Positions 5,415 to 6,700 of a stretch of DNA of 6,700 nt are shown here, piece after piece. The DNA lies in IMG/VR virus record IMGVR_UViG_3300045988_151348. One strand, given 5' to 3'. Origin of the DNA: a virus. The notes beneath the pieces are model-generated. The model ran no database searches, was not told where the DNA came from, and saw only the letters and a program-made list of their open reading frames with translations. Numbering within the stretch: position 1 is the stretch's first letter; every line of letters starts with the position of its first letter. Both the position numbers and the translations under genes were made by a program.

Positions 5415-6239
5415 ATGACTACTGGTAAGGATGCTGCTCAGATTCAGAGCGTTCCTGCTGTTGGTAATTTGGATTCTGCTCTTTCCCGTATTACGAGGAC
5501 TGCTTCAGAAAACACCGCTAAAAGCGCTCAGATGGCTTCTGAGCAACGCGATTGGCAGGAAAGGCAAAATGCCTTGGCTATGCAATTTAACGCTCAGGAG
5601 GCTGCTAAAAGCCGTTCTTGGCAGGAATACATGAGCAATACTGCGCACCAGCGTGAAATTCGTGATCTTAAGGCAGCCGGTTTGAATCCGGTTTTAAGTG
5701 CTATGGGAGGTAACGGCGCTGCCGTTACCTCCGGCGCTACCGCTTCCGGCGTTACCTCTGCCGGAGCTAAAGGCGAGGTTGATACCTCTGCTAATGCTGC
5801 TTTGGTTCAGGTTCTCGGTTCTATTCTTTCTGCACAGACTCAGCTTCAGACCGCTAACGTTAATGCTCGGACGCAAGAGGCCGTTGCCGATAAGTATACC
5901 GCGATGGAAAAACTTGTTGCTCAGATTGGCGCCGATGCTTCTAAATATGGTGCTGAGCTTGGTTATGCTGGCTCTAAGTATAATGCCAATATGCATTATG
6001 CTCTTGGTAAGTATCAGACTGATAAAGGATTTGAGAATCAGGTTTTTCTTGAGCAGAATTATCCTTCTAACTATGTTCAAGCTGTTAATTCTATTCTCAA
6101 GGCTCTTGGTCTTGATGTTACAGGAGGTTCTACCTCCGGTGAAGGTTCTGTTTCTGCTGAACAGTATGCTAAACTTATGGAAAAGTATAATGCTGCTCTT
6201 CTTGGTTCAGGTCCTAAACGTTCTAAGCATCAGAGATAA
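5415..6239 (+). CDS. VP2: Minor capsid / DNA pilot protein VP2
   Basis: It has the conserved VP2 core WQEYMSNTAHQREIRDLKAAGLNPVLS, followed by a Gly/Ala/Ser-rich region. GAGGTG (5404-5409) lies 5 nt before ATG 5415. TTG 5400, which overlaps the VP1 stop as TTGA, is an alternative start. Confidence 0.9.
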   Translation: MTTGKDAAQIQSVPAVGNLDSALSRITRTASENTAKSAQMASEQRDWQERQNALAMQFNAQEAAKSRSWQEYMSNTAHQREIRDLKAAGLNPVLSAMGGNGAAVTSGATASGVTSAGAKGEVDTSANAALVQVLGSILSAQTQLQTANVNARTQEAVADKYTAMEKLVAQIGADASKYGAELGYAGSKYNANMHYALGKYQTDKGFENQVFLEQNYPSNYVQAVNSILKALGLDVTGGSTSGEGSVSAEQYAKLMEKYNAALLGSGPKRSKHQR

Positions 6240-6241
6240 AG

Positions 6242-6283
6242 AAAACAGAAAACTCCGGAGCTGTGCTTCGGAGTTTCTGTTTT
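6242..6283 (+). terminator. Intrinsic-terminator-like hairpin after VP2
   Basis: AAAACAGAAAACTCCGGAGC-TGT-GCTTCGGAGTTTCTGTTTT forms a ~20-bp stem with one bulged A and one G-T pair. It ends in TTTT and starts 3 nt after the VP2 stop codon. Confidence 0.75.
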
Positions 6284-6321
6284 GTAACCAAGCGTGAGCG
6301 CGGTTAGCGAATAGATATGCA

Positions 6322-6341
6322 CCAGCGAGCGCCAGCGAGCG
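6322..6341 (+). repeat. Perfect 10-bp tandem repeat CCAGCGAGCG x2 in a GC-rich patch of the phage intergenic region
   Basis: The repeat is directly visible. A related AGCGTGAGCG occurs at 6291-6300. The patch (about 6291-6345) is clearly more GC-rich than the rest of the phage. Confidence 0.7.
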
Positions 6342-6345
6342 GACA

Positions 6346-6378
6346 CAGCCCCATTACTCTCTTGATGTAATGGGGCTG
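6346..6378. other. 12-bp-stem hairpin in the phage intergenic region (candidate origin or protein-binding structure)
   Basis: CAGCCCCATTAC-TCTCTTGAT-GTAATGGGGCTG has a perfect stem and a 9-nt loop. The arms (CCCCATTAC / GTAATGGGG) are near-copies of the att palindrome arms (CCCCATAC / GTATGGGG). Confidence 0.8.
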
Positions 6379-6416
6379 AGTGACACCACGATATGCAAAA
6401 TGCTCTCTTTAGTTTA

Positions 6417-6444
6417 TTGACAAGCTATGAATATATGATATATT
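6417..6444 (+). promoter_or_regulatory. Near-consensus sigma70/sigmaA-type promoter with extended -10
   Basis: -35 TTGACA (6417-6422), 16-bp spacer, TG (6436-6437), -10 TATATT (6439-6444). It lies about 30 nt upstream of the ATG at 6475, which is preceded by AAGGTG (6464-6469). Confidence 0.7.
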
Positions 6445-6474
6445 AATGAATATAATAAACTGTAAGGTGATTAA

Positions 6475-6582
6475 ATGAAAAATGATGATAAAGATAAAAT
6501 GCTTGATGATTTTTGTTTACAGATGCTTTTGCTTGTTGGAGCTGGTGTTGCTCTAGTTGTTATTATTTGTTCTTTTCTTTGA
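6475..6582 (+). CDS. 35-aa peptide with a charged N-terminus and one predicted transmembrane helix
   Basis: MKNDDKDKMLDDFCLQMLLLVGAGVALVVIICSFL. There is a good Shine-Dalgarno 5 nt upstream and a strong promoter directly upstream. The hydrophobic stretch of about 20 residues is long enough to span a membrane. It is below the ORF-track cutoff. Confidence 0.6.
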   Translation: MKNDDKDKMLDDFCLQMLLLVGAGVALVVIICSFL

Positions 6583-6604
6583 TTTGTCCTCCTGAATTTC
6601 TGTG

Positions 6605-6619
6605 ATGGGGGTACGATAT
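6605..6619 (+). other. attR core, exact copy of 1633-1647
   Basis: ATGGGGGTACGATAT. Weaker similarity continues to the left (TGAATTTCTG at 6593-6602 versus TGAAATTTCTG at 1615-1625). To the right the sequence becomes the inverted-repeat arm shared with 1-80. Confidence 0.75.
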
Positions 6620-6700
6620 TCGCCTATTTAACCCGTTTTTGCAATATTTTCTCCGTTTTGCACAAAGGCAGGATTTTGACGGACGCCCTCCTCAACGAGC
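6605..6700. repeat. Right arm of the window-closing inverted repeat (partner 1-95)
   Basis: See the left arm. The outer 55 bp are identical and the inner ~40 bp are slightly diverged. Confidence 0.95.

Larger units (their letters stand above)
1633..6619 (+). mobile_element. Integrated Microviridae (gokushovirus-like) prophage, predicted circular genome ~4,972 nt
   Basis: It has a full microvirus gene set (VP4, J/VP8-like, VP3, VP1, VP2), all on one strand and tightly packed. There is an abrupt composition and codon-usage shift at both ends. It is flanked by a 15-bp perfect direct repeat. The size fits the family. Confidence 0.85.

Noticed and set aside
3716-6297. Long alternative-frame ORFs inside VP1 and VP2 (3716-4165, 4736-5041, 5057-5389, 5698-6297 on +; 4546-5400 on -), considered as phiX174-style overprinted genes such as a lysis protein
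   Set aside because: All the plus-strand ORFs are in the +1 frame of a gene whose codons end mostly in T. That bias removes the NTA/NTG contexts needed for +1 stops and automatically yields Leu/Phe/Ser-rich hydrophobic translations. None has a Shine-Dalgarno. I regard them as compositional, although only conservation analysis could fully exclude an overprinted gene in 5698-6297.
6429-6460. AT-rich TGATATATTAATGAATATAATAAAC as a phiX174-like origin (compare GATATTAATAAC)
   Set aside because: The similarity is to the low-complexity AT-rich part only and coincides with the promoter -10 region. The two hairpin loops are better origin candidates.

Overview
The window has two compositionally distinct parts. 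Positions 1-1632 and 6620-6700 are bacterial-looking DNA. Sample lines I counted by hand in the coding part are about 60% GC. The only clear gene there is a minus-strand Hsp20/alpha-crystallin small heat-shock protein (829-1269). A perfect CIRCE (HrcA) operator lies upstream of it (1398-1424). The region also holds several repeat arrays and a ~730-bp gene-free, hairpin-rich stretch. Positions 1633-6619 (~4.97 kb, low-to-mid 40s % GC by hand count, all genes on +) look like a complete gokushovirus-like Microviridae genome inserted as a prophage. In order it carries the VP4 rolling-circle Rep, a 37-aa basic J/VP8-like peptide, two small ORFs, the VP3 scaffold, the VP1 major capsid and the VP2 pilot/minor capsid. 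These are followed by a terminator, a structured intergenic region, one near-consensus promoter and a 35-aa membrane peptide. The insert is bounded by a perfect 15-bp direct repeat, ATGGGGGTACGATAT (1633-1647 and 6605-6619). At attL this core sits inside a perfect 25-bp palindrome just upstream of the rep gene. A third, inverted copy of the core lies at 81-95. The window itself is closed by ~95-bp inverted repeats whose outer 55 bp are identical, which may be an assembly breakpoint at a longer collapsed inverted repeat. No integrase, repressor or dif-like site is visible, so how this ssDNA phage enters and leaves the chromosome is the most interesting open question. All protein assignments rest on my recognition of family motifs in the supplied translations; no database search was run.
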